A DNA stretch of 63,864 bases, the filler included, from Craspedostauros australis (lineage: Eukaryota), in the NCBI GenBank assembly GCA_030167865.1. It is 15 parts of 15 records of this genome, joined end to end, with 100 filler letters (N's around TTAATTAATTAA, not from the genome) between each part and the next. Parts side by side here need not be neighbours in the genome. Positions count along the whole stretch, not along the records: positions 29,249 to 36,283 come from JALAGF010006450.1; positions 36,384 to 39,550 come from JALAGF010006451.1; positions 39,651 to 41,818 come from JALAGF010006452.1; positions 41,919 to 51,237 come from JALAGF010006453.1; 11 more parts are not named here. One strand, written 5' to 3'. This document shows positions 34,915-48,200 of this stretch, piece after piece. A program made the position numbers and the translations under genes. Numbering within the stretch: the stretch's first letter is position 1; the number at the start of each line of letters is the position of its first letter. The notes beneath the pieces were generated by a model. That model was not told the origin of the DNA and did not search any database. It saw only the letters and a list, made by a program, of their open reading frames with translations.

Positions 34915-36522
34915 GTTGTTGTCATTGTTGTCATTGTTGTTGTCATTGTTGTTGTTGTTAGCATCGTAGCTCGTCGTGTGTTGGCGTGATAGAGGTTGGC
35001 GCACTTGAGGAGATTGCACCCGACACAACAGGACGACGAGCTGGGCTCCCTCCCACCAAGATCCAAATCGCCGCTGGTATTCGCTGCCAAATATAAGGTC
35101 TGTCCCTCTTTCGAAAAGATGTTGTGCGTCATCGAGAAGAAATGATTGGTCGCTGAAAATTCAAACAGGTTGGTGGAGAACACCTCTCGCCGACACGTGA
35201 TCTGAAATCAGAAATTTGGAATCAATATTTGATGACGTCAGGCCTTTGTTCTCGTCCAAAACGTGAAATACGTTGAGAACAAGAAAATCACACTTGTTTG
35301 GAAACAGGAAAGCACACGAAACTGTGTTCGATTCGGAAGAATCAAGTGATTGACACCGAAACTCGAAGCCAAGCGCAAAGCAGATGAACAACGGCCAGAA
35401 GCCAACGATGGCCAAGGACAGCAGCAGAACAGAGAACAAAGCTGTGTGAAAGTCAAGCTGGGCATCAAGATCTGGATTACCCACCAACCCACAACTCTGG
35501 ATGTTGACAACGGATCCACGGTCCAGACGAATCAACAGCCTCAGCATGCCTGCTACCACTGCACAATCCTCGACATGTTTTCGCATCCAACTGCCTCGCC
35601 CACGCGAAATGTGAGTCTGTCGATCAAGGGCACGACTGGACAGCAAGCTGAAGCACGACTGGCGATTCCGAACCCCATTTGCCCCTTCACGTCCGCATGC
35701 GCAACGTTTTTAGTTGTAAATTAGTGCAAAAATATAAACTTTTTAACTATAAGGCCCAGGAGCTTTTAACTTCGCTCATCTAATATCTACAACATAGTAG
35801 GATGATCTAAGTGCTTATCTTAAAAATCCGCAAATGACTACATGAGAACCCTGAACGGGGTCTTACTGATTGCTGATGGAATCTACAGCCACCCATACGA
35901 GTACATTCATAATAATGCCGTGCGCTGTCCCCGTGAGTCTTTGCACGTGGTGCTTCGCCCCAACAGAGACGCACAAGCATGGAAGCCGGACTGCTCTCTC
36001 GGTACTCGGACAATCCAGCCCCATCCAGTCCTACCCAAACCAAACCATTGTGGACAAGTTATGCTCTCAAATCATCTTAAACGTTGATGGCCTCAGGTCG
36101 TGGCTCTGTTCTTAGCGCTTCCTTCATCACTCTCCAAAACGCAAAACCCCGATCAAACCACGAATCAGCATTCCACTTCGCCAGCTCTGCGATACGAGCT
36201 ACGCCATGTCGTGTCGCGTCACCTCACCACTTTTGCAATTCCATCAACCGCACCTTCGACACGTTGAGGTGCTTGGCCAGATCNNNNNNNNNNNNNNNNN
36301 NNNNNNNNNNNNNNNNNNNNNNNNNNNTTAATTAATTAANNNNNNNNNNNNNNNNNNNNNNNNNNNNNNNNNNNNNNNNNNNNGCACATCGATCCAAATT
36401 TGTCACATCAATGTGAAGTGCCAAATTTGTCACATCGGGGGCCCAAAATCTCATTAGGGATATGTTGCAATGCCAACACTACAGAGTGAAGGAGTGCTAC
36501 TCCATCGAGTTGCGATGGCAGA

Positions 36523-38566
36523 TGTCAGGGACACTCGGCAGAAAGTCGGGATTTGCTACAACCGGAAACGTGTTAAGTAAAATAGTGTCATGATATTATG
36601 AATTGGTCATACATCATTGCTGCGTATTGCGTCAATTACTCCCTTGAGAGAACCTTGAGTCGTAGCAGATAAACTCCCGACATTCCCGACAAAGCTCCCG
36701 ACATTCCCGACAAAGCACCCGACATTCCCGACAAGACACCCGACATTCCCGACAAAGCGCCCGACATTCCCGACAATCCCGACAATCCCGACATTCCTCA
36801 CACAACAGTCGACATACTCGACCAAAGTTGACAATCTGTTTGGATGACGTTGGCGGAGCGNNNNNNNNNNNNNNNNNNNNNNNNNNNNNNNNNNNNNNNN
36901 NNNNNNNNNNNNNNNNNNNNNNNNNNNNNNNNNNNNNNNNNNNNNNNNNNNNNNNNNNNNNNNNNNNNNNNNNNNNNNNNNNNNNNNNNNNNNNNNNNNN
37001 NNNNNNNNNNNNNNNNNNNNNNNNNNNNNNNNNNNNNNNNNNNNNNACAACAACGACACACCATGTCGCCTCGCATCACATCACAGTCCATGTATGCAAT
37101 GCAGGGTACTCATGTAGTGATTGTAATATTTAAATATAAGCACTTATGTCATCCTATTATGGTGTGTAGAGTAGATTCGTAAATTTTTAAGCTCCTGGGA
37201 CTTGTAAACACAAAGTTATTGTTTCGTTGTAGCCTATGACTAGAAACGTTTGGCATGCGGACGCAAAGGGGCAGCTGCAGTTCAAAATCTCCAGTCGTGC
37301 TTCAACTTGTGCCAGTCAAGTACACATCCACAACATGATCGCGAGTGTGTCGGTTTCGTCCCGTGTGTGTCTGTTTCCTTTGTTACCACCACGCGTTTTC
37401 GTTCTTCGATTGTTTCGTCTGTCCGTCCCCCGTGAACTCTGCCCATCCAGGCGCAGATGTCTGGTGCCGACACTCCCGACATTCTCGACAATCGCCACAA
37501 CACGCCCGACATTCCCGACAACGCACCCGACATTCCCGACAACACACCCGACATTCCCGACAAAACTCCCGACATTCCCGACAAAGCGCCCGACATTCCC
37601 GACAATGACACATGACAGTATGAGTTTATCAATTTCGTTGTGATGACCTAAAACATATCAAAAGACGCCGAAGCTATTTATTTGGTTTAAGGCAAGAGAT
37701 TTTTTGATCGTGCCAGACATTTTGCCGCGTGTCCCAGGAATCGGGTGTTCTGAAACACCATATTGCCGCACCTCCCAGGAGTAAGGAACCGAACGTCGGT
37801 ATATTCTACATTACCGCAACTACCACGTTTGATCATTGTGACACAGAAAAATGTGAGCTGCACGTAACTCGCGGTGGAGAACGACACATGCCGAATGCGA
37901 ACCATGCCTTGACGTTCATGACTCCAATGCAGGAATGCGAATCACACATGTATGTCGCAGGGGGCGGGGATGTTGGAATCGTGACCAACATCACGATACG
38001 AGCGACTACGGCCCCCATGTCGCAACCAATGAAAAAGAGTACTGGAGGAGGGCCGATGTCACGAAGTGTGAGATGGCCTGTGAACGAACCTGGTATGAGG
38101 AACTTCCAGGAAGCCGGTGAAGTGATCGGCGAAGAAACAATCAGAAACAATCGGAGTTGACCGGAGATGATCGGAGATGAGAAATGATCGGAGATGTGAG
38201 ATGGTCGAGGAGCTGAATGAGCTCCCAACCAAGGTGTTCCCGCGACGCATGGGAGACCATGATCTGATTGAATGAACCGATCTGTGTGATGCCTACGACT
38301 CGGTGATGTCTAAGGCATCGAAACTATCAGCGGAGGACAACGTGCTTGTGTGCACGAACATGGGGTACTCGGTGGTGCATGCATGTCCATGGTGAANTTG
38401 CGATGAATGCAAGATGGATGCCTGCTAGACCAACAGAGGGACCCATGGTGATCTCAGGAGGAGATTGGACTTTGCAATTGAGAGCAATGAAGAGCTCACA
38501 GTTCAGAGAAGTAGATTCTAACAAACGATTAGCTTTCGACTATCACACCACCCCGGATTTCCAACA
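36523..38566 (+). mobile_element. 5' LTR of an autonomous-type family A Copia, interrupted by the MITE
   Basis: tgtCAG [MITE] CAGgaatcggg ... ggatttccaaca, followed by gag. Confidence 0.85.
36529..37734. mobile_element. Non-autonomous TIR element (Harbinger-like MITE) with 21-bp minisatellite arrays
   Basis: Imperfect TIRs ggacactcggcagaaagtcgg / ccagacattttgccgcgtgtcc; TSD CAG at 36526-36528 and 37735-37737; cccgacattcccgacaa arrays at about 36675-36797 and 37472-37604. Confidence 0.8.
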
Positions 38567-38644
38567 CGTTTCGAAACGTTACGATTGAAATCCTACGTTT
38601 CACCCCGCACCAACAAGCCATCATCCACCTTCATCATCATCATC

Positions 38645-39550
38645 ATGAGTACCTACGAGACCAAGTCCGATCGCATCGTCTACTTCGACGGCAAAAAGGA
38701 GAACTGGAAGTTCTGGCATGCCAAGTTCCTCTGTCGCGCCAACCGCAAGGGTTACTGTGACATGTTCCTGATGCCCTACTCTGATGTGAAGGTGACAGCT
38801 CCTTCCGCCGCAGCCGAGTCCCTGGCAGCAACCATCAAGCCTGATCCAGGCGCCAAACTCAAGCCGAGTACCAAGTCCGGTACCAAACCGAGCGCTGCAG
38901 ACCTAGCAGAGTACAAGGAGGCGATGGCGAAGTTCGCCTACGAAGAACTGACCTTGGCTATCAGCCATGATTCGAAGGAAGGCAAGATTGCCTTTGAGGC
39001 GGTGTGGGGATGCAAGGGCATGCTAAACGGGGGAGGAGAACCTCGTGCAGCTTGGGTGGCCCTTGGGCGCATCTATGAGCAGCGCACTGCGCCTATGAAG
39101 GCAAAGTTGCTGGCGGAGCTCAACGCGATGCGATTGAAGAAGGGAGAGAATCCGGATCTCTTCTTGACGGACATGGAGGTCCTTCGCAACCGACTGATCG
39201 ACCAGGAGGTGATCGTCGACGTCGATCAATTCAACATGCTCGTACTCAACGCACTCGGCCGCGAGTACGAGATGGACGTGAAGCTGCTCGAACTCAAGTT
39301 CCACGGAAAGGAACGAGAGATGACTGTGGGCGACATCCGCGAAGCTGTTAGTCTCACCTACGACCGCCACCATCTCAAACATGGTTATAAGCGCGCAGGC
39401 AACAGCAGCAACGAGGAGCTCGCTCTGTTCGGAGCTGGACAGTTCAAGGGAAACTGTCGCAACTGTGGTGCCTACGGGCACAAGAAGGCGGACTGTCGTG
39501 CGCCAGCCAAGGGAGGCAACAACAAAAGAGGCGGTGGGTCCAAGAAGAAG
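38645..39550 (+). CDS. Copia family A gag (partial)
   Basis: Open frame with FDGKKENWKFW, NPDLFLTDME and CRNCGAYGHKKADC; truncated at the scaffold end. Confidence 0.92.
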
Positions 39551-40406
39551 NNNNNNNNNNNNNNNNNNNNNNNNNNNNNNNNNNNNNNNNNNNNTTAATT
39601 AATTAANNNNNNNNNNNNNNNNNNNNNNNNNNNNNNNNNNNNNNNNNNNNCAACGATCCAGCGTCCCACACCAACCGACAACAACAGGCAGGACAGAACG
39701 TCTGCCGCAGTGAACTCACATCACACATCACACATCGCACGCCCAACAACTGTACTCTTGCCCATTCACTGCGGATACTTCAATCGTCGCATCTGAGACG
39801 ATCGGCGCCGACAGCCAACACAACTCCAAATGGCAGCCAACGAAGAACAGATCGATTGTATTCTACCNTGTTGCGTTCGGCCACCAGGGAAGTAATCATT
39901 ACACACTCGATCGTCTCTCACGATGCCAAGGCAAATGATGAGAAATTGAGGCTACAATCGATGAGAATAAAAAGAAAAAATAAAAAGAAAAAATCAATAG
40001 AGAATGAATGGACAGACGGATTGATGTAGCACTTGTTGCTCTCTCTCTCTCTTGCACTTGCTCTCTCGTTGTGTTGGCGCTGCGTCACACTCACTCATTC
40101 GCCAAAATAAAAATCGCATACAGTTGCACATACATTCTCCAATCACAACCACGTATGCACCAATGAGCGACCGTTGAGCTGTTGCCGCCGATCTCCGCAC
40201 AAACACAGCGCCCATGCTGTTGTGAACAAATAGGCATGTGCTGCTTTGGCTTGTTGAGTGTTGTTGTCGCTGTCTGCTGCATTCTCCTATCTGCAATGTC
40301 AACACAACACTCAGTGCTCCCCAACATCGAGATCATTCAGAATCATCCGTGCCTTCCCCCCACTCGCATCGTCCATCAGCCACCAAGCCACCACCGCTAT
40401 CGCATC

Positions 40407-41818
40407 ATGACCCATCCACGTGAGGATTCAAGCATCGATCCCAATCCATCCCAATCAAAGGTGCAACGTCGAACAGCAAATGCTGACACATCCATCCATC
40501 ACCAACCACCTCATGGGCACTACGCATCGTACCAATACTCTGCACATGTCGGGCCGAACGACCATGGCAGCATCCACAGCCCTCCTCTCCCCATGGTTGC
40601 GAATCATCATGTCCCTCCCAATGCACAACCTCCTTCCTTTNNNNNNNNNNNNNNNNNNNNNNNNNNNNNNNNNNNNNNNNNNNNNNNNNNNNNNNNNNNN
40701 NNNNNNNNNNNNNNNNNNNNNNNNNNNNNNNNNNNNNNNNNNNNNNNNNNNNNNNNNNNNNNNNNNNNNNNNNNNNNNNNNNNNNNNNNNNNNNNNNNCA
40801 GTAGGCCACCATTTTGCCCAAACTGTGCGTCATCCATCGGCGGAGGTGCACGTCACGCAGGTGTGAATGCCTTTGTGCCACAGGCAAATTCGTTCTCCGT
40901 TGGGACTCGTAGTGATGCTCCTGTGCCCACACGTCCCAAGCGCAAATCATCAGCAAACAGACGCAGGACACCACATCAACAGGCAGGAGATGATGTGCTN
41001 NNNNNNNNNNNNNNNNNNNNNNNNNNNNNNNNNNNNNNNNNNNNNNNNNNNNNNNNNNNNNNNNNNNNNNNNNNNNNNNNNNNNNNNNNNNNNNNNNNNN
41101 NNNNNNNNNNNNNNNNNNNNNNNNNNNNNNNNNNNNNNNNNNNNNNNNNNNNNAATCGAAAAGGACTACTCACATCTATCTTCAAATCAGCAGGCATTGA
41201 CATTCGAGCAATTACGAAATTCCCTGTGAGTGGATTCGGAAGCATCCCACCAAGGGGAGCCAAGCATCGCTGGAGTGTCATCAAACGAATCTGGAAAGAG
41301 CTGTGTAATGGAACATCCGAGCATGCAATCTTCCCTGGCGCGAAACCCCCACCTCAACTTTGGGAAGCCATGACCTTCGTGCGACATCGCAAACAGCTCC
41401 CTCCTGTGTTGCTGGAGCAGACTCTCTGTCATTTAGCCTTCTGGGGGAATAGGGACCTGTCACTGACTGCTCGTGCGGTTTTGGCAATGACCTGTGACTC
41501 CAGGCGCTGCACCCGAATCCTGGCTGTGCACTACAGCAGCCTGTCGAAAGGAGACAAGGCAAAGGTCATGCCGCAACGCCGAACCATGTCTCGTGCAGCA
41601 CACAGGAGACTGTCGCACGCTGGTGATGCGATCCTTGCTGGAGGCCAGTTCCCACACACAGACTACAAGTACTGTGTCAAGGAATCTAGCCTCCAGGGAG
41701 TGATCTCATTTCTCACCTCCATGTTCCAGTACCGACCAGGCATCACAAGGAGCGTGAAGTTGGCTGGTGTTCTGTTCCCAGACCTGCCCATCTTCATTCG
41801 CGGATCATCATCTATCGC
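40407..41818 (+). CDS. Uncharacterised protein (partial), possibly transposon-encoded
   Basis: Frame stays open across gaps; globular-looking C-terminal part (FQYRPGITRSVKLAGVLFPDLPIFIRG). No family recognised. Confidence 0.45.
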
Positions 41819-41919
41819 NNNNNNNNNNNNNNNNNNNNNNNNNNNNNNNNNNNNNNNNNNNNTTAATTAATTAANNNNNNNNNNNNNNNNNNNNNNNNNN
41901 NNNNNNNNNNNNNNNNNNA

Positions 41920-44177
41920 ACATCCAGACCAACAGTTCAAGAACAACGAAATCGCTTCTGCCTATGCCTCTGCTTCGCCTCAAGAGCTGGCATCCGCAAA
42001 AGCACTGGCTGATATGTGGTTGGAGCGTGGCCCCTTCCTGCAATTTGAGCTCCAGGATGTGTTGCGACGGTGCAATGGCGCAATCTCGTGGGACGCAATT
42101 GCTTGGAAACTGGCAGGCAGCGGAAACCCGCAAATCGTTGGTCCGAAGNNNNNNNNNNNNNNNNNNNNNNNNNNNNNNNNNNNNNNNNNNNNNNNNNNNN
42201 NNNNNNNNNNNNNNNNNNNNNNNNNNNNNNNNNNNNNNNNNNACATCTGGGCCAAGGACTTCTGTGTGTTCTGGGAATCAGCGAAGCTGTTCGAGAATAC
42301 GCAAGTTGTCCTTGTCCACATGGACGAAAAGTGGTTCTACTCTATTGTCGCTCGCAAGCATCTCAAACATGTGCCCCAGATGGGAGTTAAGCCTGTTGAC
42401 CATGCTGTGCACCACAAGTGCCACATCGAAAAGACCATGGTAATTGCATCAACAGCATTTGCCCCAACAGACAACCGCTTTGAGCGAGGAGGAAAGGCGT
42501 ATCAGGTGAACTTCGAGCGTGTTGGGCGCAATGCTCCAGCGCAAAAGACTACGTACAAGCNNNNNNNNNNNNNNNNNNNNNNNNNNNNNNNNNNNNNNNN
42601 NNNNNNNNNNNNNNNNNNNNNNNNNNNNNNNNNNNNNNNNNNNNNNNNNNNNNNNNNNNNNNNNNNNNNNNNNNNNNNNNNNNNNNNNNNNNNNNNNNNN
42701 NNNNNNNNNNNNNNNNNNNNCTTCCGCGAAAAAGAAATCCCCGCACTGGATTCGCTCGCCAACAAAATCAAGGCCGAAACGGGCAAGAACGTGGTGATTC
42801 GGTACCAGATGGATGGTGCGGGGCCACACAGAGACACAGAACTACTTAGATTCATCAACGAGGAGTTCGACAGTCGCGGATGGCACTTACGACTGCAACC
42901 ACCAAATTCTCCCATCACGAATNNNNNNNNNNNNNNNNNNNNNNNNNNNNNNNNNNNNNNNNNNNNNNNNNNTCTCGTGTGAAGGGTAAACTGTACTTCC
43001 AAGCGCTGGAGATCACAGGCAGCAAGGAATCAGTTGGTGCGCCTGATAAGCCCAAGTCGAAGTATAGCCTCAAGAAATTCTTCCGCGAAAAAGAAATCCC
43101 CGCACTGGATTCGCTCGCCAACAAAATCAAGGCCGAAACGGGCAAGAACGTGGTGATTCGGTACCAGATGGATGGTGCGGGGCCACACAGAGACACAGAA
43201 CTACTTAGATTCATCAACGAGGAGTTCGACAGTCGCGGATGGCACTTACGACTGCAACCACCAAATTCTCCCATCACGAATGTGAAAGACGATGCGATAT
43301 TCCCAGCGATGTNNNNNNNNGTGTCAGCATATCAAGGTGAACACCATGGAAGCCGATTGCTTACCACTGAGGCATTGTGGAAGGCCTGTGGAACCTGTTG
43401 GGAGCAATTTGGGCTGGACAAGGTGGCTAGCGCGTATGTTCGCCACCATCAGATTGCCTACGCAATTTGTGCTGCGAAAGGAGGTGACGAATTTGTGACG
43501 GAGAACAAGGGACTGCACATGAACGTGCGGAAACAAACGTCCACTGAATTCGACAAGGAGGGCAACGAGATTGGCGTTACCGTGTCTCACATGGACTTCA
43601 CGTTGGAAAAGGATGACGCATCCAACACGACCACCAAGAAACCAACTGCAACAGGCAACAAAGGCAAATCAGNNNNNNNNNNNNNNNNNNNNNNNNNNNN
43701 NNNNNNNNNNNNNNNNNNNNNNCTCACATGGACTTCGCGTTGGAGGAGGATGATGATGAGGCAACCAACACGACCACGAAGAAACCAACTGCAACAGGCA
43801 AGAAAGGCAAATCAGCTGGCTTCAAATACGCCAAGCCCGACATCAAAGGTATGTACAATGATGCGCTCAAGGTGATGGCTGTGAGTGGACTGCAGTGCCT
43901 GAAAACGAACCTACCAACAACCAGCAGCCTCATTCCGTTGCTGGAGAAGCAAATTGTTGAGACCATCAAGTGCAACAAGGAGACTGAACAACAGAATAAA
44001 GGCAAGAAGAGAAAGAAGCAACCCAGCAAGAGCAAAGCCGACATCATTGAGCCTCGCAACAGCAACAGCAAAGCCGAAGCAGCACCCACCATGAACACAT
44101 TCGACGTGGCCATGTTCGCTGGCAAGGACGAGCATCACAGCAAAGCAGAGCAGGATGCCAACACAGCAGAGGTGTAG
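41920..44177 (+). mobile_element. Tc1/mariner-like transposase (plant-mariner/DD39D-like motifs), copy 2
   Basis: VHMDEKWFY, QMDGAGPH and QPPNSPITNVKDD; pieces overlap across gaps. Confidence 0.88.
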
Positions 44178-44186
44178 CTGCAAATT

Positions 44187-44218
<32 letters not shown>
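44187..44218. repeat. (TAG)n microsatellite
   Basis: About 10 TAG units; the equivalent tract in copy 1 (about 18989) is much shorter. Confidence 0.95.
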
Positions 44219-44219
<1 letters not shown>

Positions 44220-45214
44220 TATGTGTGAGGTACACCTGTGATTCGAATGGTTGTGTGCGCATCGTCTGCTTGATGGCATGGAGGATTGTGGTGTGATGTG
44301 TTGTGTTTGTGTTTTTTTGTGTTTTGTGATGAGTGATGTGATTTTTGCCACGAGGACCGTCACGTTGTGTTGTGGCGTGGTCCGCGTGTGTTGTGGCGTG
44401 GTCCGCGTGTGTTGTGGCGCGATTGGTGTGTGCTGCGCAGCCATCACGTTGTGTCGCGAAGCAAGGGCCACGTGCTGCGAGACGCACTCACGTCTTGTGT
44501 TGTGACTCGTGTTGCATGACGTGGAATCCGTTCCCTGTGACGTAGAAGACGGATCATTGAGAGTAAACACGAAATAGCTCTAAATATCCAATCGCCGTTT
44601 CTCCCAAAAGCAAGCAAACCAGTGGCAACAAGGGGCCAAAACTCCACAACTAGTGTTATCGTGACACCGTTTTACATTGAGTGCAGCTAGTACATACTGT
44701 TTTAAGATTGACGAAGATTCAAAACTACTTGTGGTTTAATTAATATTAAAGTGTGGAGGATGGCACGGCATGATGTTTGTAGCATGACATGGCATTGGTA
44801 CATGGGTGGGTACGAGTATAAGTACGGGTATGAGCATGGCACAGGAGCGCGTTGCGTTCAAAAGTGGTTCATCGGAAGTGTTGCAACCTGGTTGGTCTTG
44901 ACAGGAATCTATGGTACCGATACGCGCCAGTGCAGTGGTACGTAGCTCCGCGCGGGCCTTGGTTCTTGCTGCCTCCCCGAAAGCCGATCGTCCCGATACG
45001 AGCGGTGGCCGCAATAACAAGACTCCATGCGACACGCCGTGCATGGAATGGAGTACAGATATGGTGGGACAGAATGTATTGATACGAGTATGCAAGGGAG
45101 CAAGAGAGATCAGAGTGGAGCGAGCAGAGTAGCATGCTCTCTCTCTCTCCCACCTTCTCTGGCAAGGCGAGGAGCTCGGCATCCGCTGCGCTGCATCGAT
45201 TCTCAAGCAGCGCA

Positions 45215-48200
45215 TCACGTCGATGATGGTGCCGCCACAGAAGCTCCGTTCGAAGGATTTGCGGTCCCGTTTTGTGCATGGCTGGCAGCATTCCCCTTCG
45301 TAGTCCCAGGGGGTTGTGCCGCAGGTGCCACGTTCGCACCCAATGTATCCATCTGTCCACCACCATTGATGCTTGGAGCCGGAGGCGAGTTCGATGGGAC
45401 GCTGGTGGGCGTGGCCGCGGGCGCCGTAGGATTCGGATTCATGTTCACTGGTGTTGGCACAATGCCATTGGTGGATGCATGCGGTTGTTGGGCACCGTCC
45501 GGCGGCTCGTCAACCATGAAGTCGGTCTCGCGTTCCTGATCGAACATCGTCAGAAAGTCCATCTCCATGGTCTCCTCGTCCATGTTGGGGTTGATCATGT
45601 TCCAGTCCATCCCGTCGAGCTGGATTGCCGGGGGTGTTGCTGGTGCAGCACCAGCGGCGGCCAGGCTGGTTGGCGCCCGCAACATGGGAGGCGCGTGCAG
45701 AACTTGGCCAACCCCGGAGTGCGCTGCCTGCGGAGCGATGGTGCCGCTGGCTGGTCGCGTCAGTGACACAGAATCTGCAACCATCCCAGCATGAGCCAAC
45801 GCGCTGGCCTGCGCCTCGCGGTCTGCCAGATCCTTGTCCATCCGCGCTCGGTGTTCCGGCGCCGGCGGCTTGCTCGTTGCTCCCATCGCCGCGTTAGAGA
45901 AAATTCCGCCGCTGCCAGTGACGCTAGCACTGGGTGCCGCGCCAACATTGGTAGCCTGAGGCACGGCGGCAGGAGGGCCACTATGCACAATGCCATTTAC
46001 CACGTTGGGGGCCACGGCGTGCTGCGCCGTTCCCGAGACCAGCTGCGGTGTGCTTGTGCTGTGCTGCAACGTGTGAGTACTCCTGGCGTGCGGCAATCCA
46101 TTGGCGAGGTTATGTATCTGCGGATGACTGGTGGAGTGCTGCAATGGAGGTTGCAGGAGGACTGACTGAGAATTGGATTGCATCGCGGACATGGTCGTCG
46201 CAACGTTTGGCTGTGCCACGTTGCCGCCCATCAGTATGCCGAGTCCGGTTTGGGGTGTTGTGTTCTGCCCCTGCAAGTTCGCTGGCGACATGGACCGGAA
46301 ATGTGCCGTCTGTGTCGTGTTGCCGCTGTGATGTTTGGAGCATCGTGGGCGTGCGGTGGAGACGAGTGGAGCGACAGGGCGGATCGAGCAATGATGGATA
46401 CAAGTGTGAGTGCGTTGTTGCGTGCGTGTGCAAATTAGCTCATCGTATTTATTGGTCTGATGTGAAGAATGACACTGCGGGCACTCTGTAATGAACCATG
46501 CCGAAGTTATGTCGATTCAAGAATACAACCAATGTGACGAGCTGTGAAGAGCTCATCCCCATCTTCATTCTCACTCTGTTCAATGTTCTCCGGTCGTTTT
46601 CGCTTTTTCACACATGCGCATCCTCCTCAACGCATCCTCCACACGAACAAGCAAATAGACTGACATACATGCACGCAGATACAGATCAACGCAAGTCAGC
46701 GCAACAAAAGCGATAGCCATTCCAATGCGCATCACGAAAGTACGTACCCTGCCACCGCGGGCGTCAGCAACATGGCGGTGCCTGGTTGGTTGATGGGAGA
46801 ATCCAGCGCGTAGACCGATCCGGGACTGGACGTGGGCGACACGTACGGTGATCCCAGACCGGGCGATCGCGTTCCACTGCTGCGTGGCGAGGCCTTGAGC
46901 TGCGGACTCGACGACCCCTTCTGCTTCGTGCGCTTCATTTGCAGGCACTGTTCCGGATGATCCCTGTGGAACTTTTCGTGCCTGTAGGCGCCGGAATCGG
47001 GGCCTCTGGTGACGCGCCGGAAGCCGTAGAGGTTGAGTTGCCTTTGGAAGGAGGTGATCTTGGTGTGCCGGAAGTACCTCGGCAAGACGTCCGTCACGAA
47101 CTTGTCCTGGTCACGCACCGTGAACGCATCGCCGCTTGGCAGCCAGGAGACGATGTTGGGATCCTCCTTGCGCAGCATCTCCATGAGTTTCCGAGGGAAG
47201 GGATTGGAATGGCCCGTTGTCGTGGGCGAAGCTGATCCTGCAGACGAGGAGTTGTGGACGGGGGAGGCAGACGAGCCTCTCGTCTGGACCCTCCTACCTG
47301 ACGAGGGTGATTTGCCGCCGGAGCTCTTCGTTCCCGTGGACGATGATCTGTCGTCGCCACTGAGAGCTGGCGAGACTGACACGCCTTGGGGGATCTTGAT
47401 GACGCCGGCTGCCATGCCGTGCTGGATAGGCAGGACGACGGGACCTTGCTGCGATCCTGCGGGTGCCATGCCCGGCGATGGTTGTCCATTTTGTGCCATC
47501 GGCTGTCCATGCGCGTGTTGCTGCTGTTGCTGATGTGCCATGGCGAAGTTCTCTTGCAGAGAGTTGGCGGATGTGCTGTGCGACAGCGTCCCCGACATTG
47601 ATGTTGGTTGGATGGGGGCGGGCTGGATCGGCTGATGTTGCGGCGGCATCGGTTGGCGCAGTGGCTGCTGCTGCTGTTGTTGTTGCGGCGGTGGTGGTTG
47701 CTGGAATGACATGACCGACGGTGCTGGCGGCATCGCGTTTTGCCCAGTGCCTGCACGAAAGCCGGCCATGTACATGGCGCGCAGCTTGTCCTCCATGGAT
47801 GCCTCGGTGAGGCTGCCGCTGGTTGGAGCATTTCCAACTGCAATCATGCTGGGTCCATTCACCGCGATCTTCCTGTTTGCGGATTCAGTGTGCATCATGG
47901 CTTGGATCGTAGCGTTCATATCTTTCATGTCCAGCGTGTCCTTCGGAGTGGGCACAGCCGGTGCAGGTGCTATGGGTTGCGGCATGCTGGACATGTGCTG
48001 GTCTGCGAAGGTCCCGTGTTGTTGTTGTTGCTGCTGCTGTCGGGAAGGCGCCGCCGCTGTGTTTGGTGCTATCGTCGCCCCTCCCTGCTGCGGCGTTGCT
48101 GACGATGGAGCCGACGTCGCCATGAATGTTGCTGGTTGAGGTGCCAGCGGTGAGGGGCCCACAGCAGCTGAGGGAGGCATAGCCAACGGTCCAGGAGGAT

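Noticed and set aside
34930..35340. Possible decayed HSF-like gene on the minus strand
   Set aside because: Only vague resemblance (FLFPNK...KFLISD) spread over several frames; not supportable by eye.
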